Source: Escherichia coli O157 typing phage 7. Taken from it: 64,000 bases of DNA. Positions within the stretch are counted from its first letter, which is position 1, and every line of letters starts with the position of its first letter. This document shows, in pieces, positions 37,256 to 47,331 of the stretch. Below the pieces are notes generated by a model, which did not search any database, had not been told where the DNA came from, and worked only from the letters and a program-made list of their open reading frames with translations. Where the stretch lies: sequence record KP869105, one strand, 5' to 3'. A program made the position numbers and the translations under genes.

Positions 37256-37541
37256 CTGTGATTTCGGTTACGATATTTTTGTTATTAAAGTTTTTATCGC
37301 AATACAGAACATAATTATACTGCATTACACCACCTGATTTAAGCTGTTTTTGTACTTCAACTTTCATATTGGGGCGATCACGCTCAACGATATTCATAAT
37401 ATCCGCTTCAATTTGAGTTTCAACTTCAGTCTGATCTGCAGTCATAGACCATTCACACAAGTCTTTATCATATCCTGCCATAGCAGGCTGAGCAGCACAA
37501 GAAGCCAAAGTAAAAATTGTAGCAAAAATAAATTTTTTCAT
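37248..37541 (-). CDS. sp: Spackle-like periplasmic protein (Sp/61.3)
   Basis: 97-aa ORF (T4 Sp 97 aa) with N-terminal signal peptide MKKFIFATIFTLASCAAQPAMA; located between 61 and 41. Confidence 0.7.
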   Translation of the reverse strand: MKKFIFATIFTLASCAAQPAMAGYDKDLCEWSMTADQTEVETQIEADIMNIVERDRPNMKVEVQKQLKSGGVMQYNYVLYCDKNFNNKNIVTEITGE

Positions 37542-37569
37542 GATAATCTCCTCAGTAGTTTATGTTTAT

Positions 37570-37599
37570 ATAGTATCTCAATTTCCAACAAAAGTAAAC
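37570..37599 (-). promoter_or_regulatory. T4-type early promoter upstream of sp
   Basis: Minus strand GTTTAC-N18-TACTAT then GAGGAG RBS. Confidence 0.55.
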
Positions 37600-37601
37600 A
37601 G

Positions 37602-37913
37602 CTATTTTAAAACTTCTGTGTAATCACATGTTACAAACTGTTTCTCTAGCTTAACGATCTTACGAAAATACCTTTTACACTGACGAATCTGCCTCTTCGT
37701 AGGACGTACAGCAAACTTAATAAATTCCACTCGACCAAATGGAGGACTTTCTTCTGCTGGAATATCTAACACCAATTCCCACGTATCCGCAATAAGTGCT
37801 TTGAATTGAGTATTTTTCCTGACGTTATACGGAGTAGGTTTAAATAAAACAATATGCATATTATCCTCGGCAATCCACTTCGCACACTTTCTTGTCATCA
37901 ATGAAAGCTTCAA
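37602..37913 (-). CDS. Hypothetical basic protein (103 aa)
   Basis: ORF in track. Confidence 0.55.
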   Translation of the reverse strand: MKLSLMTRKCAKWIAEDNMHIVLFKPTPYNVRKNTQFKALIADTWELVLDIPAEESPPFGRVEFIKFAVRPTKRQIRQCKRYFRKIVKLEKQFVTCDYTEVLK

Positions 37914-38043
37914 CTAATGCTTTATTAACTTCAGCATATTGAGTAGTAGCCCATTGAACGTCATCTTTCATCATTGCGATTTCTTTAGTAAACATGCTTT
38001 CATTCTTAAACCACCCCATAAAAACTACCTTTACCAATTCCAT
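37861..38043 (-). CDS. Hypothetical protein (60 aa)
   Basis: ORF in track, RBS GAGGAG, downstream of early promoter. Confidence 0.5.
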   Translation of the reverse strand: MELVKVVFMGWFKNESMFTKEIAMMKDDVQWATTQYAEVNKALVEAFIDDKKVCEVDCRG

Positions 38044-38072
38044 AACAATCTCCTCATTTAACCAACAAGACT

Positions 38073-38102
38073 ACTATACCATAGTCTTGTCAGCTTGTAA
38101 AC
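38073..38102 (-). promoter_or_regulatory. T4-type early promoter
   Basis: Minus strand GTTTAC-N18-TATAGT; -35 overlaps gene 41 stop. Confidence 0.55.
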
Positions 38103-39529
38103 TAAAATTTTAATTCATTTGCCAAAGCATCTAACTGAGCTCGAGCTGATTCGTTTCTTTGATAGCGATTCTGTTCAGCCTGAATCTGTTGTGAACCTGC
38201 TACTTCACTCACTTCGGTTGGAGTAGAATCTTGTTCAATTTCTACCCATTTTTGATTTCCTTTTTGAACACCCATCAAAAACTTATTCCACTTATTCTTA
38301 TCACCATATCGTGATTTGATTTGCTTAATGAGTTGTTGTTCAGCAGCTGCTAGCTCCTCGGTTTCAATGACCGCAAGCATAAAATCAGCTGTTGCTGGAA
38401 GACCAGCAGATTCTGCAATATCGCTCATGTTAACATCGGAAGAGTCCCAAGCTTGTTTACCGACCTGTGCTGCAGTCCAAAGAACAGTTTCGGTTTCAAC
38501 AGCCAGAGCACGCAATTCCTCTGCAATAGCTTTAACAGTTGTGTAACTATTTTCTGAATAAACTCGGATGCGACAAGATTTACAAATACCCAGATAGTCG
38601 ACAATAATGATTGTTGGAACAAAATTCTTTTTGAGCTTCAATTCATTCAAGAGAGACCTGAATGTATTAGCATCTGCTCCACCAGTAGGGTACTGTTTAA
38701 CGATTAAACGACCAAGAGTAGATTTCTCACGCCATTTTTCCATTTTTCCTTTATACTCAGCGTAAGAAATATGTCCATCATCAATATCGTCAAGAGAAAC
38801 ATCGAGCATGTTAGCATCAATACGTTTAGCGCAGACTTCTTCTGCCATTTCCATAGAGATATAAAGAACGTTATGACCAAGCTGCAAATAATCTGCTGCT
38901 AATGAACAAAGTCCTAATGATTTACCAACGTTAACGCCAGCCATTAAAACGTTCAGTGTTCCTGTCTCAGCTCCGCCTTTAGTAATTTTGTTTAGAATTC
39001 TGAGTTTAAATGGAACTTTACGAGCTTTATTCATATAAGATAGCCAGCGTGCTTCGTAGTCATCCATCCAATCATGACCAACGTAGCTATCAAATGAAAT
39101 TGATAATGCTTGACGCATGATGTCAGGAATAGCACCAACATCCGGCATTTTCTTATTTCGTTTTTCCGGAGGAAGCTCAGCATTAGTTTGAATTTCGATT
39201 ATTTTAGACGTAGCATTAAACATCGCCCTTTGCTGAACATATTTTTCTGTTTCTTTTACTAACCAGCTGTGGTCTTCCGGAGAATCAGCTAGTTTTGAAA
39301 TAAGTGTTTTTACACCAGAATATTCTGTTTCAGTAAATGAACTATTTTCTAATGCAACATTTAACGCATTAATAGATGGAACGCTATGATACTCGTTGAC
39401 ATGAGATTTAATTAATTTGAATGTATTTTTAGCTGGACCACTTTCAAAATATTCTGAATCCATATATGGCCAAACTTTTGAAAAATAAGCTTGATCAAAT
39501 ATGAGATGAGAAAGAATAATTTCTACCAC
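38102..39529 (-). CDS. 41: Replicative DNA helicase gp41 (DnaB family)
   Basis: 475-aa ORF, identical length to T4 gp41; Walker A GVNVGKS. Confidence 0.95.
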   Translation of the reverse strand: MVEIILSHLIFDQAYFSKVWPYMDSEYFESGPAKNTFKLIKSHVNEYHSVPSINALNVALENSSFTETEYSGVKTLISKLADSPEDHSWLVKETEKYVQQRAMFNATSKIIEIQTNAELPPEKRNKKMPDVGAIPDIMRQALSISFDSYVGHDWMDDYEARWLSYMNKARKVPFKLRILNKITKGGAETGTLNVLMAGVNVGKSLGLCSLAADYLQLGHNVLYISMEMAEEVCAKRIDANMLDVSLDDIDDGHISYAEYKGKMEKWREKSTLGRLIVKQYPTGGADANTFRSLLNELKLKKNFVPTIIIVDYLGICKSCRIRVYSENSYTTVKAIAEELRALAVETETVLWTAAQVGKQAWDSSDVNMSDIAESAGLPATADFMLAVIETEELAAAEQQLIKQIKSRYGDKNKWNKFLMGVQKGNQKWVEIEQDSTPTEVSEVAGSQQIQAEQNRYQRNESARAQLDALANELKF

Positions 39530-39538
39530 ACTTACTCC

Positions 39539-39901
39539 TTAAAAGAATTTAAACTTTTTCTTTGACCTTTTATTAAATGCATCTTGTAGTTGCATTGTAA
39601 TACATTTTTCTACATGAGGAGCTAACTCAGCTTTTCTTTCTTGGTCAAGAACAGCAAAGTCCATTACGACTTTTCCATCAACCCAATCTAATTTTGTCAC
39701 ATACACAATGTGTGTAGAACCATCTTCTAGTTTAATGACAATCTCCTGGATAACATTTTCCATGGCAGATTTAATTATCTTAAGAGATTCATTAAAAAGA
39801 CGTTCTTTTCTTTCTTCTTCCCCCTCCGAAGAGGGGGATTCATCGATAATTTCTAGATCTAAATCTAAATCATCTTTATTCATTAAATTCTTCCATATCA
39901 C
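39539..39901 (-). CDS. 40: Head vertex assembly chaperone gp40
   Basis: 120-aa ORF between 41 and uvsX as in T4. Confidence 0.75.
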   Translation of the reverse strand: MIWKNLMNKDDLDLDLEIIDESPSSEGEEERKERLFNESLKIIKSAMENVIQEIVIKLEDGSTHIVYVTKLDWVDGKVVMDFAVLDQERKAELAPHVEKCITMQLQDAFNKRSKKKFKFF

Positions 39902-41057
39902 TTAACTGCTCGAGGTCAGTTTCTAAATCAGCAGCTGATTTACTTTTACTTTCTGGAGATTTAAATTTTTCAACCTTTGAGTTAATCAATTCATCAACTT
40001 CAGCTTCAACAATTTCATTACTATCAATAGCACCTAACTGATAAGCACGCTTAATAGCATCTCGGAATGGTTGATGCTTAAATAAAGGACCCCAGAATGT
40101 GGTGCAGTTAGTATCTTTTGCACGCCAAGATTTTTCTTCGCGAATCATCTCACCGGTTTCTTCATCAAGAAATTCACGAGCATACCAACCATTTTTAGGT
40201 TTTACCACGAATCCTAATTCTAGAGCCATATCTAACAATCCAGAATAAGGATCGATACCGCCGTCAAATTTAACATCAATAAAGAATTTACTTTTTTCTT
40301 TAACGGTACGAGATTTTTCTACATTTAGAACAAATTGATACCCTTGAAGATCAGAACCATCTTTAATCTGACGTTTACCGATAATGAATACGGTATCAGC
40401 CGAATACATTACGCCTGTACCACCTGTCATCACGGTTTTACTAAACATTTCAATTGTTTCAATTGTATGGTTAACCGCAACGCATGGAATATTTTTAATG
40501 CTAAAGTAAGGAGTAACAATACGAAATAATGACTTCAGTGATTTAGCACGAGTCATATCTGCCACAGATTTTTCATTCAAGGCATCTTCCGTTTCTTTCT
40601 TAGAAGCCATATTACCGATTGAATCGATGAATACAATGACTTTTTCACCGCGCTCAATAGCTTCAAGCTGATTCACCATATCAATTTTCAGCTGTTCAAC
40701 TGACTGAATCGGCGTATGAATTATTCGTTCCGGGTCAACTCCCATGGATCGCAAATAAGCTGGAGTAATACCAAATTCGCTATCATAGAATAGACAAACC
40801 GCGTCAGGATATTTGTTCAAATATGCCGCAACCATAGTCAAAGACATATTTGATTTAAAGTGTTTAGAAGGCCCTGCGAAAATAGTTAAACCAGACTGCA
40901 TGCCGCCATCAATCGCACCAGAAATAGCAATATTAAGCATTGGAATTTTTGTACGAATTACATCCTTTTCATTAAAGAATTTAGATGTAGTCAGTTCAGC
41001 AGTCATTTTAGAAGTGGAAGCTTTAATCAAACGGGATTTTAAATCTGCAATAGACAT
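39876..41057 (-). CDS. uvsX: UvsX recombinase (RecA-like)
   Basis: 393-aa ORF matching remembered T4 UvsX (MS.DLKSRLIKASTSK...FIDVKFDGGIDPYSGLLDMALELGFV...). Confidence 0.95.
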   Translation of the reverse strand: MSIADLKSRLIKASTSKMTAELTTSKFFNEKDVIRTKIPMLNIAISGAIDGGMQSGLTIFAGPSKHFKSNMSLTMVAAYLNKYPDAVCLFYDSEFGITPAYLRSMGVDPERIIHTPIQSVEQLKIDMVNQLEAIERGEKVIVFIDSIGNMASKKETEDALNEKSVADMTRAKSLKSLFRIVTPYFSIKNIPCVAVNHTIETIEMFSKTVMTGGTGVMYSADTVFIIGKRQIKDGSDLQGYQFVLNVEKSRTVKEKSKFFIDVKFDGGIDPYSGLLDMALELGFVVKPKNGWYAREFLDEETGEMIREEKSWRAKDTNCTTFWGPLFKHQPFRDAIKRAYQLGAIDSNEIVEAEVDELINSKVEKFKSPESKSKSAADLETDLEQLSDMEEFNE

Positions 41058-41134
41058 TCATTTTTTCCATAGGCATCATTATATTTTCCTCACTGGTTAA
41101 AGATAGAGTAATTATAACACAATAAATTTAGGCA

Positions 41135-41983
41135 TTAATCAACTGCTATCGGATGAATAGCATTAAACTTATGAAATGCTTCTGATTTTTCTTTACGCGA
41201 AACGCACATGCGAAGAACCTTTAATGGCTCGTTTTCTTCACCCAACGATTTTCGTTTTTCAATATTAGAAGTTTTCCAACGAGCTTGCTCTGGAAACTCT
41301 CTATTGATTTGCTCAAGCGCTCTATTATGTTTAGAATTACTACGAATTGAACTGCACCCGCCAGGAGCTTGTGCTTTTCCAGATACAACCAGATATTTGA
41401 ACAAGGCCAAATGCGGATAACCTTGATTAATTAAATTGAGAAATGCATACATATCTTCGCACAAATCAATTTTTCCATACCCAATTTGTTCTGTCGTAAG
41501 TTTTCCGAGGTCATACCATGTATTCGTGAATCCATATGAATTTTCACGATAATTACCCCAAGATGAAGTAATTTTAAAAATAGGTAGACGAGCATGGCCA
41601 TGATAATACCCGCAATCCATGGCATCTTCAACGTATTGAATCAATTCATAGAACTGTTCACGGGTTAATTGATTGACTTTATCTACACAACGACGGTCAT
41701 CTCTTTTTCGCATTGAACTCATACGAATAGTAGTATCATCGTCAATCATCCAGATTCGTTGACCTGCATACATATCAGTAATTGCTTTACGAGTACCGGC
41801 AATTCCATTTACGTCATCAGGAATAGTTATAATTTTAGCTCTAGACCCATAGGCATCATAATAAGCTTTTTCTTCATGTTCACGCACTACAATATGGGGT
41901 TCATAATCAGTCGGAAACATATCAAGGGCAGAAACTGCCCCGACACGCTGATAACTTGGAATTACGAATTGAATCATTTCCAC
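41135..41983 (-). CDS. GT-A fold (DxD) glycosyltransferase at the beta-gt locus; candidate beta-glucosyl-HMC-alpha-glucosyltransferase of T2/T6 type
   Basis: 282-aa ORF between uvsX and gene 42 where T4 has 351-aa beta-gt; contains IWMIDDDTTI DxD motif. Confidence 0.65.
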   Translation of the reverse strand: MEMIQFVIPSYQRVGAVSALDMFPTDYEPHIVVREHEEKAYYDAYGSRAKIITIPDDVNGIAGTRKAITDMYAGQRIWMIDDDTTIRMSSMRKRDDRRCVDKVNQLTREQFYELIQYVEDAMDCGYYHGHARLPIFKITSSWGNYRENSYGFTNTWYDLGKLTTEQIGYGKIDLCEDMYAFLNLINQGYPHLALFKYLVVSGKAQAPGGCSSIRSNSKHNRALEQINREFPEQARWKTSNIEKRKSLGEENEPLKVLRMCVSRKEKSEAFHKFNAIHPIAVD

Positions 41984-42714
41984 TCACCTTTATAGTCTTT
42001 TTTCACAATATGAGTTTCTCCAGTATTCCACCAATGATCAACCAAGTAAAAATGACGAGAATATACATGAAGACTTCCGACATTCCATATAATAGAACCT
42101 GCTTTATACTGACGAGTTGAATCGCCTGCATTCAAATCAGATACTAATTTATCTAATACGTATTTTTGCCATGCATAATCATTACGGAATCCGAAGACCA
42201 CGTCATTTGAGCGCATGCTTACTACTGCATTGACTTTCTTATCACGAATCAGGTACTGTACTGTATTAGTACACATGAAATCTGACATACCATCTTTATT
42301 GTAATCAAATTGCATGGATGGACGAGTATAAATCATGATACCACGTCGAGAATCAGGATTTTGACCAAGTTCAGCTAAACACATATCATACTGGGCATAG
42401 TTATCTTCTGACCAAATAGCCCAACCATAATTCGAGTTAATTTCGCCTTTAGAAGATGCTACCTGCTGCCAAATCTTTGGTGTTTCACCTGGAATATCTT
42501 TAACAAACAAACTCTTAGATTTATACCATTCAAGTTCGCGCTGAATGTATTCATCATTAAGAGCGCCAAAAATAAACGGTTCATCTGCTACAAATGATGC
42601 GCCAATAATTTCAATAGTTTTAACACCGGTTTTATCAACTACGAAATCTTTTTCTTTTAATGCAAGCCCCAAATGAAGACGGATTTCTTCAACTGTCATA
42701 GAGTCACTAATCAT
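41974..42714 (-). CDS. 42: dCMP hydroxymethylase gp42
   Basis: 246-aa ORF, identical length to T4 gp42; thymidylate-synthase-like motifs. Confidence 0.95.
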   Translation of the reverse strand: MISDSMTVEEIRLHLGLALKEKDFVVDKTGVKTIEIIGASFVADEPFIFGALNDEYIQRELEWYKSKSLFVKDIPGETPKIWQQVASSKGEINSNYGWAIWSEDNYAQYDMCLAELGQNPDSRRGIMIYTRPSMQFDYNKDGMSDFMCTNTVQYLIRDKKVNAVVSMRSNDVVFGFRNDYAWQKYVLDKLVSDLNAGDSTRQYKAGSIIWNVGSLHVYSRHFYLVDHWWNTGETHIVKKDYKGEWK

Positions 42715-42867
42715 TTAAACCTCAATTGATACATTCATATTTAACTTGTAACAGTAATAAGCTCCAACCTAAAATAATAGTTGGAATCATAAGAGGAACC
42801 GTTACACTATAGTATATACTTATTATAATCATCAAGATTAAAAGCAACACTGTTATAATTTTGCTTT

Positions 42868-43119
42868 TCATTCCTTCTCTCTGATGATAATTACCTGATT
42901 TGGCTGTGCAGACTTTTTAGTTTCACCCGCAATTGACCAAATAAATGTAATAAACCAACCAATAATTGACCAGTTAAACAGTAAAGACGTGAAAAAGATT
43001 CCTACTGTTGATTTTGACCCACGCATCAAGGCGATGAACCATGGAAGCATGTATATAATAATAGCCAACACACCTGAAACTAAAACCATAAAAATTGAAC
43101 CTGCTACTAAAGTTTCCAT
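42868..43119 (-). CDS. imm: Immunity (superinfection exclusion) membrane protein Imm
   Basis: 83-aa hydrophobic ORF, same length and position as T4 Imm. Confidence 0.8.
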   Translation of the reverse strand: METLVAGSIFMVLVSGVLAIIIYMLPWFIALMRGSKSTVGIFFTSLLFNWSIIGWFITFIWSIAGETKKSAQPNQVIIIREKE

Positions 43120-43126
43120 GTTTTCC

Positions 43127-43507
43127 TCACTTAGTCAAATTTTTTACACATGAATTATAAGAATTCACTACATACTCCATCGGAGCATTTTTACCAGTAC
43201 GCCATTGGTAATTATTAGCCCAATTAGCCCAAATTTCGGCGCAGTAGTTTTCAATTTTTTCTTCGCGTGTAATTACATCAGAATTACGATATGCTTGAGC
43301 AGATTCATCTGGACGAATAGCTTCGTCAAAATTTGCCTGCATTTGTTCTACTGTTTGCTTTGGAGCTTCTTTATAACACTTGACATTAGGATTATAAAAC
43401 TTGCTTGAACAGTTTACAATTTTTCCTACATCAGACTGATTTACTACCGGTCCTTGAGCTACACAACCAGTAAGACCTAATGCAATAACCAAAATAGCGA
43501 TTTTCAT
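43127..43507 (-). CDS. Putative lipoprotein (imm.1-like)
   Basis: 126-aa ORF, signal peptide with LGLTGC lipobox. Confidence 0.6.
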   Translation of the reverse strand: MKIAILVIALGLTGCVAQGPVVNQSDVGKIVNCSSKFYNPNVKCYKEAPKQTVEQMQANFDEAIRPDESAQAYRNSDVITREEKIENYCAEIWANWANNYQWRTGKNAPMEYVVNSYNSCVKNLTK

Positions 43508-43517
43508 AATAATTTCC

Positions 43518-43766
43518 TCAAATGCAAGTAGTAATTACTCCAGTAGTGCTTATGCAGGTATTACCCATTTGCACACCTAAAGATCCATTTGTATTCACAT
43601 GAAGATTATCGTCAATTTTAACTGATATTTTACCATTAGTGTGAATAACGGTGCTAGATTTAATCACAGGTTGAGTATCATTTTCAACACTAACAAATGG
43701 AACTGCTACTAATGCAACTAAACAAACTGCTAAGCATCCCATAACAATTTTCATTTTATTCTCCAA
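43518..43766 (-). CDS. Hypothetical secreted/membrane protein (82 aa)
   Basis: N-terminal hydrophobic signal-like segment; early promoter upstream. Confidence 0.55.
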   Translation of the reverse strand: MENKMKIVMGCLAVCLVALVAVPFVSVENDTQPVIKSSTVIHTNGKISVKIDDNLHVNTNGSLGVQMGNTCISTTGVITTCI

Positions 43767-43791
43767 ATCTGTATCAGTAGTTGATAGTTGT

Positions 43792-43821
43792 ATAGTACCA
43801 TAGAAGAACAGGGATGTAAAC
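43792..43821 (-). promoter_or_regulatory. T4-type early promoter
   Basis: Minus strand GTTTAC-N18-TACTAT; near-identical to motA promoter leader. Confidence 0.6.
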
Positions 43822-43908
43822 AGTTTTGTGAAAATTTTTTAGGGAATTCTAAAGGTCCAGAATCATCTGTTTTTCATAAGTATAGATTTATATTACTTGT
43901 ATGAAAAA

Positions 43909-43924
43909 GGGACCCGGAGGTCCC
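43909..43924 (-). terminator. Hairpin GGGACC-loop-GGUCCC downstream of gene 43
   Basis: GC stem-loop just after gene 43 stop on minus strand. Confidence 0.4.
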
Positions 43925-43937
43925 TAGATTTATTCTA

Positions 43938-46634
43938 TCAGCCAAACAGGAAGTCTAACGAAGCTTTTTCTTCATAGTCCATACCAGCCGATTCACACAT
44001 GCCTGCAAGCGGTTTAACAAACGATTTTTGGAACAAAGTTGAGTAGTCAATCCAAGACAGTACGTCAGAACGAATTTCTTTTGGAAGTTCTGTACCCGAC
44101 GGCCAAGCAATGCATTTGTCACCAAATGGATTTCCTTCACGCAATGGAAGAACCATTACTTTATTTCCATCCAAAATTGGAGCTACACCTAAACCGCTAA
44201 CAGCTCGACGATAAGTTAGCACACCACGAATATGGAACGGGCATTTAAATCCTGGCCAACCTTTATCATCATATTTCGCTATATCGTTCGCAGTTTTTAC
44301 TTCAGCAATAACTTTATAGTCGAGTTGACGATATTCTTTCTCGAAGTTCTTGTAATATTCTTGGACAGACTCTTCGCCTTCCTGAAGAATACGACGAATA
44401 CTTTCTTCGAGAGCTTCTTGGACCGCTTTAGGCGTTGAACTCTGCTGAGTTTCCATACCCATGATTTTTAGATGCGGTTCAGCAAATCGCTTATCTTCCA
44501 TATCATAAACGTTCAGAGCATAACGCTTTTTCGCTTTCCAAAATCCACCAACGCCCTTTGAACCAAGTGGAGGGCAAGAAATAGCTTCACGGTCCATATG
44601 CATCAGATGCTCGCGGTTATTCATATAATCACATAACTCACGATATGCAACATCAATCATAGGTTCCATCTTTTTCTTACCGAACTGATTCATGAATTCA
44701 ACTAAATCGTTCTGCTCTTTGAATCGGTCAAGACCAACTTTTTCAATAACTTTATCTACACAAACATATACCGAATCAGTATCACCTGCTGCAATGAAAT
44801 CTTCGCCATTAGTTCCGCACACTTTATTCAGATACTCATTAATTTTACGAGCAATCCACTGAATACCAACTTGGCCGAAAATTGTGATAGCAGTAGCATT
44901 TCGCAAATCATAGTAACGGAAATGAATATTACCAAGAGCACCGTAAAGGCTGTTAATAAGAATTTTACGGTTCAGCTGATTTGTATTAGCAAGTGTAGCC
45001 GCTTTTTCACATTCTTCAATCAAACTATTGAGAACAGATTCAGTATAATTCGATAGTTCATTTAAGAAATCATCACTGAACTTAACATATCGTTCAACTT
45101 CAGGTTTAGTTGAACAAGACCCTGCGCCTTTCATAATAATCTTTTTAATAGCTTCGGCATTCATTTCTTCAGCGAACATTTTCTTTTTCCAATCTTTACG
45201 CTGGAAAAATACTTTAGCGATTTCCTTTGGAATGATACCTTCTTGATGCTTATCGTACATCCATCCATTCGGAGAACAAGAATATTCATCACTCGGTTTA
45301 GGAGCTGTTCCTGCGATATATTCATGAATTGGATGAACTTTAAACTGACCACGAATAGTCTCAGGACTAATGTTAACCTGACGAATAATGCTCGGATACA
45401 GAGACGTCAAGTCAAAACTCATAATATATCGACGAGCAATTGGTTTAGGTTCAAACACAAATGCACCCGGAAAACTCTGTTTAACATGCGAACCTTGTTG
45501 AGGAATAACCTTATGTTCACCTTTCAATGAGTTAAAAATAATAGCATCCCAGGTTTTAATAGGACTCATTACACCAGAAAAAGGCATTTTAGCGTAATAA
45601 GACATACTTAAAACTAGATCGATAAACCCGCGAATTTTATCAATTGCTTGAACTGATTCTACGTCAATGATGTTATAACTAATGTATCGTTGATGATTAG
45701 TCTCACGAAGTTTATTAATAGGACCGTCGTATGGTAATTTACCTTTTTTGGTTTCATGCTGAGCAACTGATTCCAAAGAGAATGACGGCAAATTAGTAAA
45801 TGCGAATTTCTTATACAAATCTAAATAATCAAGAATAGATACGCCATCAATAGAATAAATTTCTTTGCTACCGTACATATTTTGGATAAGTTTAGATTTT
45901 ACTCGACCGATTGGAGAGAAGCGTTTCATACTACGTTCACCGAGAACCATTTTAACGCGATTCATGATATACGGAACGTCAAATCCCTCAATATTCCAAC
46001 CAGTAAAAATAGCAGGTCGTTTCTGTTCCCAGAGATTGATATATTCCATGAGCATATCACGCTCATTATCGAATGGCATATAAATTACTCGGTCAAGAAT
46101 TTCTTGAGGAACTTCATCACCACCTTCACAGTCAAGCTTAGCAGCTAACTTTGCATCCCATTTTGATACTGAACCATACATTGAATTCAAAAGGTCGAAA
46201 ACATAAAAACGATCATCAATTGAATCGTAATGAGTGATAGCATCAATTTCATATTCAGCTTTCATTGGGTCAGGAAATTTATCACCAGTAACCTCAATGT
46301 CACAGTTAGCTACACGAACAAATTTTCGGTCATAAACAATTTCTGAACCGTATGTATCACTGATATAAGCGAGTTTAAAATCGTTCATACCGAGAGCTTC
46401 GAGACCGATGTCTTCCATTCGTTTCATCCAATCTCGAGCATCTTTCATTGATGGAAATTTTTGAGGAGCGCAGTTTTTACCATAGATGTCTTTGTATTTT
46501 GACTCTTCCTTACAATGCCTAAACATAGTCGGAAGATATTCTACTTCACGAGTACGTTCCTTTCCGTTTTCATCAATATAACGTTCAACAATGTTATTTC
46601 CAACTGTTTCGATAGAGATATAAAATTCTTTCAT
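43938..46634 (-). CDS. 43: DNA polymerase gp43 (family B)
   Basis: 898-aa ORF, identical length to T4 gp43 and matching remembered sequence; exo and pol motifs present. Confidence 0.97.
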   Translation of the reverse strand: MKEFYISIETVGNNIVERYIDENGKERTREVEYLPTMFRHCKEESKYKDIYGKNCAPQKFPSMKDARDWMKRMEDIGLEALGMNDFKLAYISDTYGSEIVYDRKFVRVANCDIEVTGDKFPDPMKAEYEIDAITHYDSIDDRFYVFDLLNSMYGSVSKWDAKLAAKLDCEGGDEVPQEILDRVIYMPFDNERDMLMEYINLWEQKRPAIFTGWNIEGFDVPYIMNRVKMVLGERSMKRFSPIGRVKSKLIQNMYGSKEIYSIDGVSILDYLDLYKKFAFTNLPSFSLESVAQHETKKGKLPYDGPINKLRETNHQRYISYNIIDVESVQAIDKIRGFIDLVLSMSYYAKMPFSGVMSPIKTWDAIIFNSLKGEHKVIPQQGSHVKQSFPGAFVFEPKPIARRYIMSFDLTSLYPSIIRQVNISPETIRGQFKVHPIHEYIAGTAPKPSDEYSCSPNGWMYDKHQEGIIPKEIAKVFFQRKDWKKKMFAEEMNAEAIKKIIMKGAGSCSTKPEVERYVKFSDDFLNELSNYTESVLNSLIEECEKAATLANTNQLNRKILINSLYGALGNIHFRYYDLRNATAITIFGQVGIQWIARKINEYLNKVCGTNGEDFIAAGDTDSVYVCVDKVIEKVGLDRFKEQNDLVEFMNQFGKKKMEPMIDVAYRELCDYMNNREHLMHMDREAISCPPLGSKGVGGFWKAKKRYALNVYDMEDKRFAEPHLKIMGMETQQSSTPKAVQEALEESIRRILQEGEESVQEYYKNFEKEYRQLDYKVIAEVKTANDIAKYDDKGWPGFKCPFHIRGVLTYRRAVSGLGVAPILDGNKVMVLPLREGNPFGDKCIAWPSGTELPKEIRSDVLSWIDYSTLFQKSFVKPLAGMCESAGMDYEEKASLDFLFG

Positions 46635-46692
46635 AGATATTCCTTAGTTTATAGCCCGAGTTATTAGGCTCTTGATATATTATACTCCAAAT

Positions 46693-46710
46693 AAGGGGCC
46701 GAAGCCCCTT
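46693..46710 (-). promoter_or_regulatory. Hairpin AAGGGGC-UUCG-GCCCCUU in gene 43 5' leader
   Basis: Strong stem-loop about 60 nt upstream of gene 43 ATG; location consistent with translational operator/terminator. Confidence 0.4.
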
Positions 46711-46714
46711 TGCT

Positions 46715-46951
46715 TTAAATTTCTATTGTACAACGCGATATAACGGACTTGCCATCTTTATTTGTGGTTTTGATAATCGCATGAAATGCGCGTTGGCGTG
46801 GGTAAACTAATCGTTGGAATTCTTTTTGGAATTCTATTTGTTTATCTTCCGGGAGGTCAAAAACCAGTTGGGTAGAAGACAGACCATATGTTTGTTTTAG
46901 ATTTTCGAATATTAGAAAAGCTTCGGTAAACTGAATCTCTGATTGTGTCAT
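46715..46951 (-). CDS. Hypothetical protein (78 aa) between regA and gene 43
   Basis: ORF track 46715..47002 trimmed to ATG 46951 (MTQSEIQF...) just after regA stop, RBS AAGG. Confidence 0.5.
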   Translation of the reverse strand: MTQSEIQFTEAFLIFENLKQTYGLSSTQLVFDLPEDKQIEFQKEFQRLVYPRQRAFHAIIKTTNKDGKSVISRCTIEI

Positions 46952-46961
46952 ATAATTTACC

Positions 46962-47330
46962 TTAATTACCAATCGTATATTTAGGAACGAGTTTCCATTC
47001 ATGTTTTTGTTTAAAAGAAATAACTCGGAAGTTATTAGTTAAATCTTTCATAAAAGTTCTTTGACCAGGAACGATTTCAATCAGTCCCCAATCTTCTAAC
47101 AGCCATGCAATCGAATCACGACGAACTTCATCTTCTTCTGTCATTTCAACTTGACGGCCATCCATACGAAGCATTTCTTTAAAATGAACGATATAGTATA
47201 GTCCTTTTTTCTGAAGAATATGACAGGACTGATACAGAACTTTATCTTTATTATTAGCAATTCCCATACGAGTCAAAGTTTCTTTTACTTTCAGAAAATC
47301 TTCAGGTTTTTTAAGAGTAATTTCAATCAT
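46962..47330 (-). CDS. regA: Translational repressor RegA
   Basis: 122-aa ORF, identical length to T4 RegA, position downstream of gene 62. Confidence 0.9.
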   Translation of the reverse strand: MIEITLKKPEDFLKVKETLTRMGIANNKDKVLYQSCHILQKKGLYYIVHFKEMLRMDGRQVEMTEEDEVRRDSIAWLLEDWGLIEIVPGQRTFMKDLTNNFRVISFKQKHEWKLVPKYTIGN

Positions 47331-47331
47331 T

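Noticed and set aside
12961-43850. Possibility that the repeated 35-40-bp elements form a CRISPR-like array or transposon ends
   Set aside because: Copies are tens of kb apart, always intergenic and oriented with minus-strand genes, and contain -35/-10 hexamers at fixed spacing; they are promoters, not spaced direct repeats.
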